From: an uncultured Chitinophagales bacterium
GTDB lineage: Bacteria; Bacteroidota; Ignavibacteria; UBA10030; F1-140-MAGs086
Reading direction: 5' to 3'
NCBI GenBank assembly: GCA_964358705.1
Contig: CAYHPL010000001.1
Span: forward strand, 129,202-193,201
DNA length: 64,000 nt
The notes under the pieces: generated by a model
Databases searched by the model: none
Told to the model about the DNA's origin: nothing
The model's input: the letters and a program-made list of their open reading frames with translations, nothing else
Part shown: positions 37,174 through 46,798 of the stretch, in pieces
How the letters are laid out: every line of letters starts with the position of its first letter
Numbering within the stretch: the stretch's first letter is position 1
Made by a program: the position numbers and the translations under genes

Positions 37174-39339
37174 ATGGAACTATCACTTATTATTGGAATT
37201 AGTATCATCGGTCTTTTGTTCGCGTTATATTTGATTAAAAATGTAATGGACCGTGACACTGGAACAGCAAAAATGCGCGAGATTTCAGATGCCATCAAAT
37301 CTGGTGCAGAGGCATTTTTGCGAAGACAAAACCGTACTATACTCACGCTTGTAGTTGCACTTGGAGCAATAATTTATATTCTGTACGCGTTTGTACGAGC
37401 GCATAATGAACATGACCCTGCGAGTCCATCGGAGTTGGCGTTATGGACAACACTATCGTTTGTTCTTGGCGCACTTTGCTCTGTTGCTGCCGGATATATG
37501 GGTATGTGGGTAGCAATTCGCTCTAACATTCGTACTGCTGCAGGCGCAACAAAGAGTATGAACAGCGCATTGCAACCAGCGCTTCGCGGTGGCGCAGTTT
37601 CCGGATTCTTTGTTGTCGCATTGAGTTTACTCGGTGTTGCAGGGTTATTTTGGCTTGTTCGATGGAGTGGTGTAACAGATGATGTTACAAAGATTCCTTT
37701 ATTGATTGTTGGATATGGATTTGGTGCGAGTTTCGTTGCATTGTTTGCGCAACTTGGCGGCGGTATTTATACAAAAGCCGCAGATGTCGGCGCAGATTTA
37801 GTTGGAAAAGTTGAAGCAGGAATTCCTGAAGATGACCCACGCAACCCTGCAGTTATCGCAGACCTTGTCGGTGATAATGTTGGCGATTGTGCAGGTCGTG
37901 GCGCAGATTTATTTGAATCCACTGCTGCAGAAAATATCGGCGCAATGATTCTTGCCGCGGGTTTATACAAAGCCAATTCTCTTACCTTTGATGGCGCAGG
38001 GCTTACGTTGCTTGGCGTTCTTCTCTTCCCGCTTGTTGCTCGTGCATTTGGTATTCTCGCCTCTATAGTCGGCATACTGATGGTGAAGACAAATGATACG
38101 GAAGACCCAATGAAAGCATTGAATCGCGGTTATTACATTACCGCTGTTCTTGCAATGATTGGCTTCTATATTGCGTCAAAATGGTTACTTGGACCTTTCT
38201 ATTTCAATTTCTTCCTTTGCGGATTAATAGGCGTTCTCACATCCGTTGCATTTGTACTTATCACTCAGTATTACACTGAATACAAGTATCGCCCGGTGAA
38301 GTCAATTGCAGAAGCATCTCAAACAGGTCCCGCGACGAACATCATCAGCGGTATTGCTGTTGGTATGGAATCAACCGGTTATCCTGTGCTTGTTATAGCC
38401 GCCGCAATTGTTGGTGCATATTTCCTTGGAGAGAATTCAGGTTTAGCCCACGCAGGACTTTTCGGTACAGCAGTCGCTACGATGGGTATGCTCGGAACTG
38501 CTGCATATATTCTTGCAATGGATACATTTGGTCCGATTACAGATAACGCAGGCGGTATCGTTGAAATGAGCCAACAGCCGCATGAGATACGTGAACGTAC
38601 TGACCGTCTCGATTCAGTTGGAAACACAACGAAAGCGCTTACAAAAGGTTATGCAGTCGGTTCTGCCGCGCTTGCAGCATTCTTGCTCTTCAGCGCATAC
38701 ATTGATGAAGTAAAGATTTATATGCCGACATTTGACGGCACAATCAACTTGAACAAACCCGAAGTATTTGTCGGGGCAATGTTCGGCGCTATGCTCGTAT
38801 TCTTGTTTTCATCAATGGCAATCAAAGCCGTTGGACGTGCTGCCTATTCTATTATTAATAATGTGCGTGAACAATTCAAGAATAATCCCGGAATTATGGC
38901 AGGAACATCGAAACCGGATTATGGTCAATGCGTTGATATTGCCACAAAGGCAGCATTAAAGGAAATGGTACTGCCCGGACTACTCGTAGTAGGTATGCCA
39001 ATCATTGTCGGACTTTTATTCAAATGGCTTTACGTTTCGCAAGGGTCACTATTAGCGCACGCAAGCGGCGCTGAAGTTGTTGGCGGATTTCTTATGGTGG
39101 GAACGATAGTAGGCATACTTATGGCGCTTTTTCTGAACAATGGCGGTGGTGCTTGGGATAACGCAAAGAAGTATATCGAAACAGGTGCCTTTGGCGGAAA
39201 GAAATCTGACCCGCACAAAGCTTCCGTTGTCGGCGATACCGTTGGCGACCCGTTTAAAGATACTGCCGGTCCATCATTGCACGTATTAATCAAATTGCTC
39301 TCAACAATTACGCTTGTAATGGCGCCGTTGTTTATTTAA
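37174..39339 (+). CDS. hppA: membrane-bound proton/sodium-translocating pyrophosphatase
   Basis: GGGIYTKAADVGADLVGKVE and DNVGDCAGRGADLFES motifs. Confidence 0.95.
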   Translation: MELSLIIGISIIGLLFALYLIKNVMDRDTGTAKMREISDAIKSGAEAFLRRQNRTILTLVVALGAIIYILYAFVRAHNEHDPASPSELALWTTLSFVLGALCSVAAGYMGMWVAIRSNIRTAAGATKSMNSALQPALRGGAVSGFFVVALSLLGVAGLFWLVRWSGVTDDVTKIPLLIVGYGFGASFVALFAQLGGGIYTKAADVGADLVGKVEAGIPEDDPRNPAVIADLVGDNVGDCAGRGADLFESTAAENIGAMILAAGLYKANSLTFDGAGLTLLGVLLFPLVARAFGILASIVGILMVKTNDTEDPMKALNRGYYITAVLAMIGFYIASKWLLGPFYFNFFLCGLIGVLTSVAFVLITQYYTEYKYRPVKSIAEASQTGPATNIISGIAVGMESTGYPVLVIAAAIVGAYFLGENSGLAHAGLFGTAVATMGMLGTAAYILAMDTFGPITDNAGGIVEMSQQPHEIRERTDRLDSVGNTTKALTKGYAVGSAALAAFLLFSAYIDEVKIYMPTFDGTINLNKPEVFVGAMFGAMLVFLFSSMAIKAVGRAAYSIINNVREQFKNNPGIMAGTSKPDYGQCVDIATKAALKEMVLPGLLVVGMPIIVGLLFKWLYVSQGSLLAHASGAEVVGGFLMVGTIVGILMALFLNNGGGAWDNAKKYIETGAFGGKKSDPHKASVVGDTVGDPFKDTAGPSLHVLIKLLSTITLVMAPLFI

Positions 39340-39373
39340 TTGTAGATTGCCATTCCTGCTTTATGCAGAAATT

Positions 39374-39412
39374 AAAAAAGGTTTCTCTTTCAACGGGGAA
39401 ACCTTTTTTAAT
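39374..39412 (+). terminator. rho-independent terminator after hppA
   Basis: AAGGTTTC-loop-GAAACCTT followed by TTTTT. Confidence 0.55.
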
Positions 39413-39437
39413 TTTGGAAATATTTTACTTAGCAATA

Positions 39438-39476
39438 ATAAAAAAAAGGGTTTCTTCAATTAGAAAAAACCCTTGT
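39438..39476 (-). terminator. rho-independent terminator after the RRM protein gene
   Basis: AAGGGTTT-loop-AAACCCTT with a T-run on the minus strand. Confidence 0.55.
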
Positions 39477-39495
39477 TAGTTTAATTATTCGTTCG

Positions 39496-39822
39496 TTACC
39501 AGGAGCGACGACCGAAACTTTCGCGACCACCGCCGCCGCCACGCGAACCACCGCGTGAACCACCGCCTCCGCCACCTTCTGTTTTGGGACGTGCTTCGTT
39601 GACTGTTATATTTCTTCCTTTGAGTTCATTGCCGTTGACTTCTGAAATTGCTGTAAGCGCTTCAGATTTAATCGGCATCTCGACAAAACCAAATCCACGT
39701 GACTGATTGGTAAATTTGTCTTTGATAACAGTTGCTGATGCAACTTGTCCATAAGAGGAAAAAGCTTGACGTATATCTCCTTCTGTAACATCAGGAGAAA
39801 GGTTGCCAATATAGATATTCAT
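39496..39822 (-). CDS. RRM-type RNA-binding protein with Gly/Arg-rich tail
   Basis: RNP motifs IYIGNL and RGFGFVEM; C-terminal GGGGSRGGSRGGGGGR. Start set at MNIYIGNL. Confidence 0.8.
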   Translation of the reverse strand: MNIYIGNLSPDVTEGDIRQAFSSYGQVASATVIKDKFTNQSRGFGFVEMPIKSEALTAISEVNGNELKGRNITVNEARPKTEGGGGGGSRGGSRGGGGGRESFGRRSW

Positions 39823-40157
39823 AAAAATATTAGATTTGTGTAGATAAATTAAGTTAATATAGATTGCCAAAGCGCTAACCTCCTATTGGTATTACCTACA
39901 ATCAAGACGTGAATCGAAGAGAGAAGAAATAGACGATGGGGGGAGAAAGCAATATTTGGCGGGCAAATATACAAACTAATTCTACATTGCCAAAAATTTA
40001 AAGCGCATCCATTTTCGCATTGATATTACGAGCAATACTTTCGCACTGTTTTTTTTCTTTAAAAAAACTATAAATAATTGCAAACAATAAAAGTTATTCG
40101 TAGTTTCATCACCGTTTTTTTACGCATCAGTAATTATTACACTCTCTCGAATATATA

Positions 40158-41807
40158 ATGTCACATCATAAAGAATCCTGGGGTTCACGTGTCGGACTTG
40201 TACTCGCAATGGCGGGCAATGCAGTCGGGCTCGGAAACTTTCTACGCTTTCCCGCGCAAGCCGTTCAAAATGGCGGCGGCGCTTTTATTATTCCCTATCT
40301 CGTTTCATTTTTGTTAATGGGAATTCCGTTACTCTGGGTGGAATGGGCAATCGGCAGACACGGCGGAAAATACGGACATCATTCTACGCCGGGAATGATG
40401 GACGCGCTCGGAAAAAGTAAATGGTGGAAATACGTTGGCGTCTTTGGTATTTTTACTAATCTCACTGTTGCCGCGTACTATTGCTATCTTGAATCGTGGA
40501 CGCTTGCGTATATGTGGCACTCCATTAAAGGAACGTTTATCGGACAATCTGCCGCTGATGTTGCGCAGTTTTTTAATCACTACGTTGATGTAACAGATGG
40601 CAATTTTTTTAATTTTCCTTCTGAAGCAATTTTCTTTTTTGTCTTGACACTGGGAATGAATCTCTGGATACTTTCGCGAGGGTTGAGCAAGGGAGTAGAA
40701 ATTGCAAGTAAAATAGGAATGCCGCTCCTAATAGTGTTCGGAATCTTTCTTGCAATCCGCGCACTGACGTTAGATGCGGGAGAACAGGGCGCAGTGAATG
40801 ATGCTCTGGTTGGTTTAAATTTTCTTTGGGAACCGCAGTATGATTCTCTTTTAAATCCAAAAGTATGGCTTGCAGCGGCAGGACAAATTTTCTTTACGCT
40901 TTCTGTTGGAATGGGTTCCATACATTGCTATGCGGCGTATGTTCGCGAGAAAGACGATATTGCGCTGAATGCTGCTTCTGCTGGCTGGATGAATGAGTTT
41001 GTTGAAGCGCTGCTCGGCGGCTCTATTGTGATTCCCATTGCCGTTGCGTATCTCGGGTTAACTTGGGTGCAAACGCCCGGAAATGCGGGCTTGATGATGG
41101 GATTTCGTGTAATGCCAACATTATTTCAAAACTGGGGTCCGTTGCTTGCCGCCATTGCAGGAATTGCATGGTTCGGACTTCTCTTTTTTGCAGGTATAAC
41201 AAGTTCGCTTGCAATGGGACAGCCCGTGATGGCATTTTTGCAGGATGAATTTAAAATGTCGCGCAATCGTTCTGCGTGGGCTTTCGGAATTGTAACGTTG
41301 ATTCTTGGATTGTGGACGGTATTCTTTTTTGGCTACGGTGCATTCGGTGAATTTGATGATTGGTCAGGAACATTTGCTCTTGTACTTTTCGCATTGCTTG
41401 AATCACTTGCCTTCGCGTGGGTGTTTGGCATTGAAAAAGGATGGGATGAAATTAATCGCGGCGCAGATATTAAAATTCCCACATTTTTTAAATTTGTAAT
41501 AAAATATGTTACGCCGTTATTTTTACTCGCGGTTTTCTGTGGTTCTCTCATCAGTCCGCTTGGCGGTGATTGGGTTGGAGCATTTTCTTCTCTTATGAAT
41601 GGCAATGGCTGGCCCCTCGATGGCGGCAGTATCATTGGAAAAATTTTCCACATTGGCTACACGAATACGGATTGGTTTAATGCGGAAGGCAGCCCGACAC
41701 CGGTATTTATTGTTGATGCAACGCGAATGTTACTCTTACTGACATTTCTTGTTATCGCGTGGATGATAAAAATTGCATGGAACAAACGCGCAGCAAACAC
41801 TCTCTAA
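40158..41807 (+). CDS. sodium-dependent transporter, NSS/SNF family
   Basis: N-terminal WGSRVGLVLAMAGNAVGLGNFLRFP motif; ~12 TM segments. Confidence 0.85.
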   Translation: MSHHKESWGSRVGLVLAMAGNAVGLGNFLRFPAQAVQNGGGAFIIPYLVSFLLMGIPLLWVEWAIGRHGGKYGHHSTPGMMDALGKSKWWKYVGVFGIFTNLTVAAYYCYLESWTLAYMWHSIKGTFIGQSAADVAQFFNHYVDVTDGNFFNFPSEAIFFFVLTLGMNLWILSRGLSKGVEIASKIGMPLLIVFGIFLAIRALTLDAGEQGAVNDALVGLNFLWEPQYDSLLNPKVWLAAAGQIFFTLSVGMGSIHCYAAYVREKDDIALNAASAGWMNEFVEALLGGSIVIPIAVAYLGLTWVQTPGNAGLMMGFRVMPTLFQNWGPLLAAIAGIAWFGLLFFAGITSSLAMGQPVMAFLQDEFKMSRNRSAWAFGIVTLILGLWTVFFFGYGAFGEFDDWSGTFALVLFALLESLAFAWVFGIEKGWDEINRGADIKIPTFFKFVIKYVTPLFLLAVFCGSLISPLGGDWVGAFSSLMNGNGWPLDGGSIIGKIFHIGYTNTDWFNAEGSPTPVFIVDATRMLLLLTFLVIAWMIKIAWNKRAANTL

Positions 41808-41985
41808 TCACAATTTAACAACGTAAAATTTACACTCAAAAAAATTATGACAACTTCCGCATTAATAACAATGATATGCACGTGGGCAGTGATTGCATTT
41901 TACACGACACGTTTTTTTCTTAAAGTATTAAGCACACCGCAGGAAAAAGAAGATTAACTTTTTCAACAATTTAAAAAGTACATTT

Positions 41986-43461
41986 ATGGCTGATACACAA
42001 TCAAAAGGAATTTTAAGTTCCTTCCCGCGCACATTTTGGGTTGCCAATGTGATGGAATTATTTGAGCGCGCAGCATACTATGGTTTAAATTCCGTTCTTG
42101 CAATCTATCTCACGGATTCTATTGACACCGGCGGGCTGGGATTTACAGAACAATCCGTAGGATTTCTCCAGAGTTTAATTTATGCGCTTACGTACATAGT
42201 TCCGATACTTGGAGGCGCACTTGCAGACCGCTACGGCTATCGCAGGATGTTGCTCGTGGCGTTCTCGCTCTTGACATGCGGATATTTTCTTAGCGGAAAT
42301 ATGAGCACGTACGGAACTGTGTTTGCAAGTCTTCTCATTATGGCGGTGGGCGCGGGATTATTCAAACCGATAATTTCAGGAACACTTGCACGCACAACAA
42401 CTGCAGAAAATTCAAGTTTTGGTTTTGGCGTGTATTACTGGATGATTAACGTCGGAGCATTTCTTGCGCCGTTGGTGGTAAGTTATCTGAAAGGATTTTC
42501 GTGGAATTATGTTTTTATTGCGTCGTCATTGTATTGCGCGTTGATGTTGATTCCCACCGTATTTATTTACAAAGACCCGCCGAAACCGGAAAATACAAAA
42601 ACACTGAAAGATGTTTTAAGCAGTGCGGCAATGGTTCTTGGTGATGCACGATTTATGCTGATGATTTTTGTGTATTCGGGATTCTGGATTTTATATTTTC
42701 AGAATTTTGGTTCTGTACTGTGGTTTCTCCGCGACTTTGTGAACACCGCACCGATTGATAATCTCTTTGCTTCAATGGGCATTCCGCTTAAATTTGATGC
42801 TGAGCATGTTACTGTTGTGAATGCGGGAACGATAATATTGTTGCAGGTTGTCGTTAGCCGCATTGTGAAAAATACCAATCCGTTGCTGACGATGGTTGCG
42901 GGAATTGCGCTGGGAGTTGTCGGATTTATTTGTCTTGCCTTTGCAAGCAACATTTGGATTTTTGTTCTTGGCATTGCAGTATTTTCCATTGGTGAAATGA
43001 CGGCACATCCGAAATATTATTCATACATCGGACTTGTTGCGCCAGCGGATAAAAAAGCCGTGTATATGGGATACGCATTTTTGTATGGCGTTATCGGAAG
43101 TCTCGTTGGCTCAAATCTTGGCGGTGCAATGTATGAAGCATTTCTCAAACCGCTTGTCGGACAAACGGGAATTGAAAATGAACTCAGAAATTTCTGGATG
43201 ATATTTGCCTTTCTCGGATTCATTGCAATGGCGGGCTTATTTTTGTACAATAAAAATTTTTCCGCAGATACGCCTGCAACAAACGCGCGCGCGCGAACGA
43301 TTATGCTCGGCGTGTATGTTGTTGTCGTAGTGATTGGCGCGTGGTTTTTCTATTCGTCTGTGTTGAGCGGTGCAACTATTTCTTATAAAACGATGGTGCA
43401 GTCAATTATTATGATACTGCTTGGCGGAAGCGGAATAGTTATTAGCATGCAAAAGAGGTAG
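41986..43461 (+). CDS. proton-dependent oligopeptide transporter (POT/PTR2, MFS)
   Basis: ERAAYYG and GGALADRYGYRR POT signatures. Confidence 0.8.
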   Translation: MADTQSKGILSSFPRTFWVANVMELFERAAYYGLNSVLAIYLTDSIDTGGLGFTEQSVGFLQSLIYALTYIVPILGGALADRYGYRRMLLVAFSLLTCGYFLSGNMSTYGTVFASLLIMAVGAGLFKPIISGTLARTTTAENSSFGFGVYYWMINVGAFLAPLVVSYLKGFSWNYVFIASSLYCALMLIPTVFIYKDPPKPENTKTLKDVLSSAAMVLGDARFMLMIFVYSGFWILYFQNFGSVLWFLRDFVNTAPIDNLFASMGIPLKFDAEHVTVVNAGTIILLQVVVSRIVKNTNPLLTMVAGIALGVVGFICLAFASNIWIFVLGIAVFSIGEMTAHPKYYSYIGLVAPADKKAVYMGYAFLYGVIGSLVGSNLGGAMYEAFLKPLVGQTGIENELRNFWMIFAFLGFIAMAGLFLYNKNFSADTPATNARARTIMLGVYVVVVVIGAWFFYSSVLSGATISYKTMVQSIIMILLGGSGIVISMQKR

Positions 43462-43484
43462 AAAAGATTTTTTACAAAGCAAAA

Positions 43485-43520
43485 CAAAGGCGATAGAGAG
43501 TTTTTTCTGTATCGCCTTTG
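43485..43520. terminator. bidirectional terminator between the POT transporter and trpF
   Basis: CAAAGGCGATA-loop-TATCGCCTTTG. Confidence 0.45.
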
Positions 43521-43539
43521 CTGTTTATTCTACATTCGT

Positions 43540-44202
43540 TTATGCAATTGCTTTAAAAAATTGCGCCAATTTTTTTTCATCCAGTTTGCCATTTGTGCGA
43601 ACACCGCTGCAAATATCTAATCCGAATGGGTGCACTTCATCGAATGCTCTTTGTGCATTGTCGGCATTCAATCCTCCTGCAAGAAATACCGGAATAGAAA
43701 TATTTTCAACAATTATTCTACTCAATTTCCAATTATGCACTCTGCCCGTACCGCCAAGTTTTTTCACGGAAAGATTGGGATTCCCGCTATCGAGCAGCAG
43801 TGCATCAACAGAGAGCGAAACTTCTATCGCTTCTTCAATGGAATGTTCGTTGATAACGTGAATGACCTGTACAAGTTTTACAGAGGGGAGAGCATCGCGT
43901 AATTTTTGAAGGACACTGTACTCCACACGGTCAACGATTTGAATTGTATTCGTGCGCGTTCTTTCTTGGTGATGTACAATTTCCTGAGACGAAGTTTCGC
44001 TCGTGAGTAAAAATGTTGCAACAGGTGGAGGAACACTTTTTGCAATTGTGCAAATGAGTTCATCGGAAATTACGCCGGGACCACTCGGCATTTTTCCCAC
44101 AAGACCAATTGCAGATGCGCCGTAATTTATTGCTATCTTCGCTTCGTGAATGGATGAGATGCAACAGATTTTTATACGAGGAGGCATTGGATTTTTTTCC
44201 AA
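43540..44202 (-). CDS. trpF: phosphoribosylanthranilate isomerase
   Basis: IKICCISS..EA..A...GA.AIGLV and LAGGL motifs. Confidence 0.85.
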   Translation of the reverse strand: MEKNPMPPRIKICCISSIHEAKIAINYGASAIGLVGKMPSGPGVISDELICTIAKSVPPPVATFLLTSETSSQEIVHHQERTRTNTIQIVDRVEYSVLQKLRDALPSVKLVQVIHVINEHSIEEAIEVSLSVDALLLDSGNPNLSVKKLGGTGRVHNWKLSRIIVENISIPVFLAGGLNADNAQRAFDEVHPFGLDICSGVRTNGKLDEKKLAQFFKAIA

Positions 44203-44271
44203 AGTTGTTGTAAGGTGTGGATAGTTGTTCGTTCAAATCTGTAATGTTAAAGTTAGCACTGTCGACATAAG

Positions 44272-46092
44272 TTATGCAGTCATTACATTTTGTGCTCTTG
44301 CCTTTTTGTCTTTTACTTCTGGTTCTAATAATGTCAGTTGTTTAGAATTAACTAGCATCATTGTTTTAATAAAGTCGTCCCACTTATCAAGTTTGATATT
44401 CAGTTTGAATTGACTGTTGATTGCATCAAGTTCGTCTTGAATTTTCAGTCCTGAAAATTGCAAAGCAAGCTTCAAAATGTCAATTCGCATTAGAATATCT
44501 TTTGTAAAAGTCCGCTTTGCATCAGCGAAAGTAATTCCTTGCAAAAGTTCTTTCGACTTGTCAGAGTTTAAAAGAACAAGTGTATAAGCTGCAAACTCTA
44601 ACTTGTCGAAGCCCAACAAATAACAAGTGTCGTCAAGCATTATTGGTTTTCCGTTCTGCGGTAAAACCAAATTGAAAAAGTAATTTTTGTATAAACCCGA
44701 AATAGAAATTTTGTAAGGAGCAAATGAATAGTCACCAATTCCGAAGATTGAGTAGTCGGGTTTGTTGTTGTAAATACTTGATTTGCGTAAATCAAATTGT
44801 GCTTTGTTCTTGTGCAGATAGTTAAAAGTTTTCGGAAAATCTTTTTTGATAAACGAAGTGTCTTGTCCAACTTTTTTCTGTGTGATGATTGTAAATTTTC
44901 TTGTCTTGTCAATTACAGTTTTTTTGAGGTCTGAACTTTTTAGAACACCGTAAACTAAATCTTCTTCCAAATTAATTTCTTGTTGAAGTCCGTTTACAAA
45001 ATGTCCGTTCACTCTGTCAAATTCCATAATCGAAGAACAGTCGTGTTTAATCCCTTGTCGCCACTCGAACGGAGAAAGCCCGTCAATGTCGTTGCTGTGT
45101 TTGTAGTGTTCAATGTTTGAAACAAACTTGTCATTAACCCAACCAAATTGGTTTGCCAATTTGGTGTGATTGTAAAAATCAAATTCGTTGCAAACGAATT
45201 CGGGAGTTTCATTCAACTTGCAATAAAGCAATGATGCTTCAACTGAAACATTAAATTCTTTCTTGCTGTCAATGGTTAGCTTTTGTAAGTCCGCAATTTT
45301 GTAGTTGCGTTGTTGTTGGTCAAAAACAACATTTTTTATTACAGAATTTTTTACAAGAAATGCAAAGTGTCCTTTTGAATTTTGAAAAGCATCAAACATC
45401 ATCAGAGTTATATATTCCCCAATGTCAAAGTTTCCTTTGCCTGTCATTGCATCTAAACCACTATGATTTTTAAAGTTTGATTTTGTCGGAAGATTGCCTG
45501 ATTCCAAACTGCTCAATTTAGAATTTGTAACCCACGGTGGATTTCCAATTACTAAAATTTCTTCTCTTGAATGTTCTTTGGAAATTTTGCTAAAGTCAAA
45601 ATCAAAAACATTGAAGTGATTAATTTCTATTTCGGGTTTTCTTGTGTCGGGATTGTCAATGAAAAATTGAAGAATGTTAAACTTGGTTTCCCACACATAC
45701 GGTTTGTAAATCTCTACTCCGAAAATTTTTTCAATTCTCTTGAATGTGTTTAAACAAGCAAGAATAAAATTTCCTTTTCCACAAGTCGGCTCAACAATAA
45801 TTTTTGGATTTGAAGAACCTTGCTTTAAAAATTTGGCAACTTTAATTGCTAAATCTGAATTGGTTTGAAAGTCGCCATATTCAGCCCTGTCAGGTTCTTC
45901 AACTAAATTTTCATTGGAGCAAATAATTTCTTTTAATGTTTCAAACTCTTCCTCACAATCAAAAAAATGTTTGATGCCGCAGGTATCAAACATTTTTTGA
46001 TTGGCTGTTAAAAGCGTTGTTGTTCTGTTCAGTTTCTTGCGTAAGAAATCCGAAACCTGATGAGTAATATTTGCTTCAAATATTTTCATCAT
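44272..46092 (-). CDS. gamma-class N6-adenine DNA methyltransferase (Type II) with C-terminal target-recognition region
   Basis: Motif X (YGDFQT), motif I (EPTCGKGNF), motif IV (IGNPPWV); AT-rich. Confidence 0.8.
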   Translation of the reverse strand: MMKIFEANITHQVSDFLRKKLNRTTTLLTANQKMFDTCGIKHFFDCEEEFETLKEIICSNENLVEEPDRAEYGDFQTNSDLAIKVAKFLKQGSSNPKIIVEPTCGKGNFILACLNTFKRIEKIFGVEIYKPYVWETKFNILQFFIDNPDTRKPEIEINHFNVFDFDFSKISKEHSREEILVIGNPPWVTNSKLSSLESGNLPTKSNFKNHSGLDAMTGKGNFDIGEYITLMMFDAFQNSKGHFAFLVKNSVIKNVVFDQQQRNYKIADLQKLTIDSKKEFNVSVEASLLYCKLNETPEFVCNEFDFYNHTKLANQFGWVNDKFVSNIEHYKHSNDIDGLSPFEWRQGIKHDCSSIMEFDRVNGHFVNGLQQEINLEEDLVYGVLKSSDLKKTVIDKTRKFTIITQKKVGQDTSFIKKDFPKTFNYLHKNKAQFDLRKSSIYNNKPDYSIFGIGDYSFAPYKISISGLYKNYFFNLVLPQNGKPIMLDDTCYLLGFDKLEFAAYTLVLLNSDKSKELLQGITFADAKRTFTKDILMRIDILKLALQFSGLKIQDELDAINSQFKLNIKLDKWDDFIKTMMLVNSKQLTLLEPEVKDKKARAQNVMTA

Positions 46093-46765
46093 TTAGTTTT
46101 ATTGAAACTTACAATCTTTATTATTCCCTTAACTTTCTTATCTAATGTTACAATTCTTTGGTATTGTAATCTCCATTGTAAAGCATTAGAAATAGTAAGG
46201 TATCCTTGCTCTGGCGGTGATTGTAAAATTTGTTTCGCTAATTTGTATAAAGTTATTTCGTCAGCAGGAATATTTTTATCGTTGAGATAAGCAATGATGT
46301 CGGCTTCATTGGCTTTATCCTTTATCATTTCTCTCAAACGAAAAGTTGTTGTGTAATCAGCAGTTCGTTCTTTTGAAATGAATGAACAATTAACAAAATT
46401 TAGTTGAGCAGTTTTAGTTTTTGGGTAGTCTGTTTTATCGTAAACGAAAACAAGCAGATTGTAGCCAAGTCCAAAAACCTTTTGTTTAGCGTCTTTGAAA
46501 GGACAAGATGATTGAGGTTGTTTTATTGAAGTTACTTTGATGTCGGTTAGAATGCCTGCCGATGGTAAGTCAATCCCACTTGCTGAAGAACCAATGGTAA
46601 GTTCGTATTTGTCGTTGAGATGTTTTGAAACTTCTGTTCAATGAGAGTTCCAACGGCTTTACCGTCAGTAACTCCGAAAAGTTCTTTGTGTTGAAATTTT
46701 GATTGGGAAACACAGAAAATTTGGGACTCTTCAATCAGTTTCTTTATGGTTAATTTTTGTTTCAT
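46089..46765 (-). pseudogene. putative PD-DxK Type II restriction endonuclease, disrupted by a frameshift near 46620-46645
   Basis: The 72-aa and 82-aa ORFs are in different frames. The downstream frame stays open ~100 codons upstream of its first start codon. GIDLP...TDIKV resembles a PD-(D/E)xK core. Overlaps the methyltransferase start (ATGA). Confidence 0.4.
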
Positions 46766-46798
46766 TGTCTATTTAAAAATGTCTTTTGTTTTTTCCCA

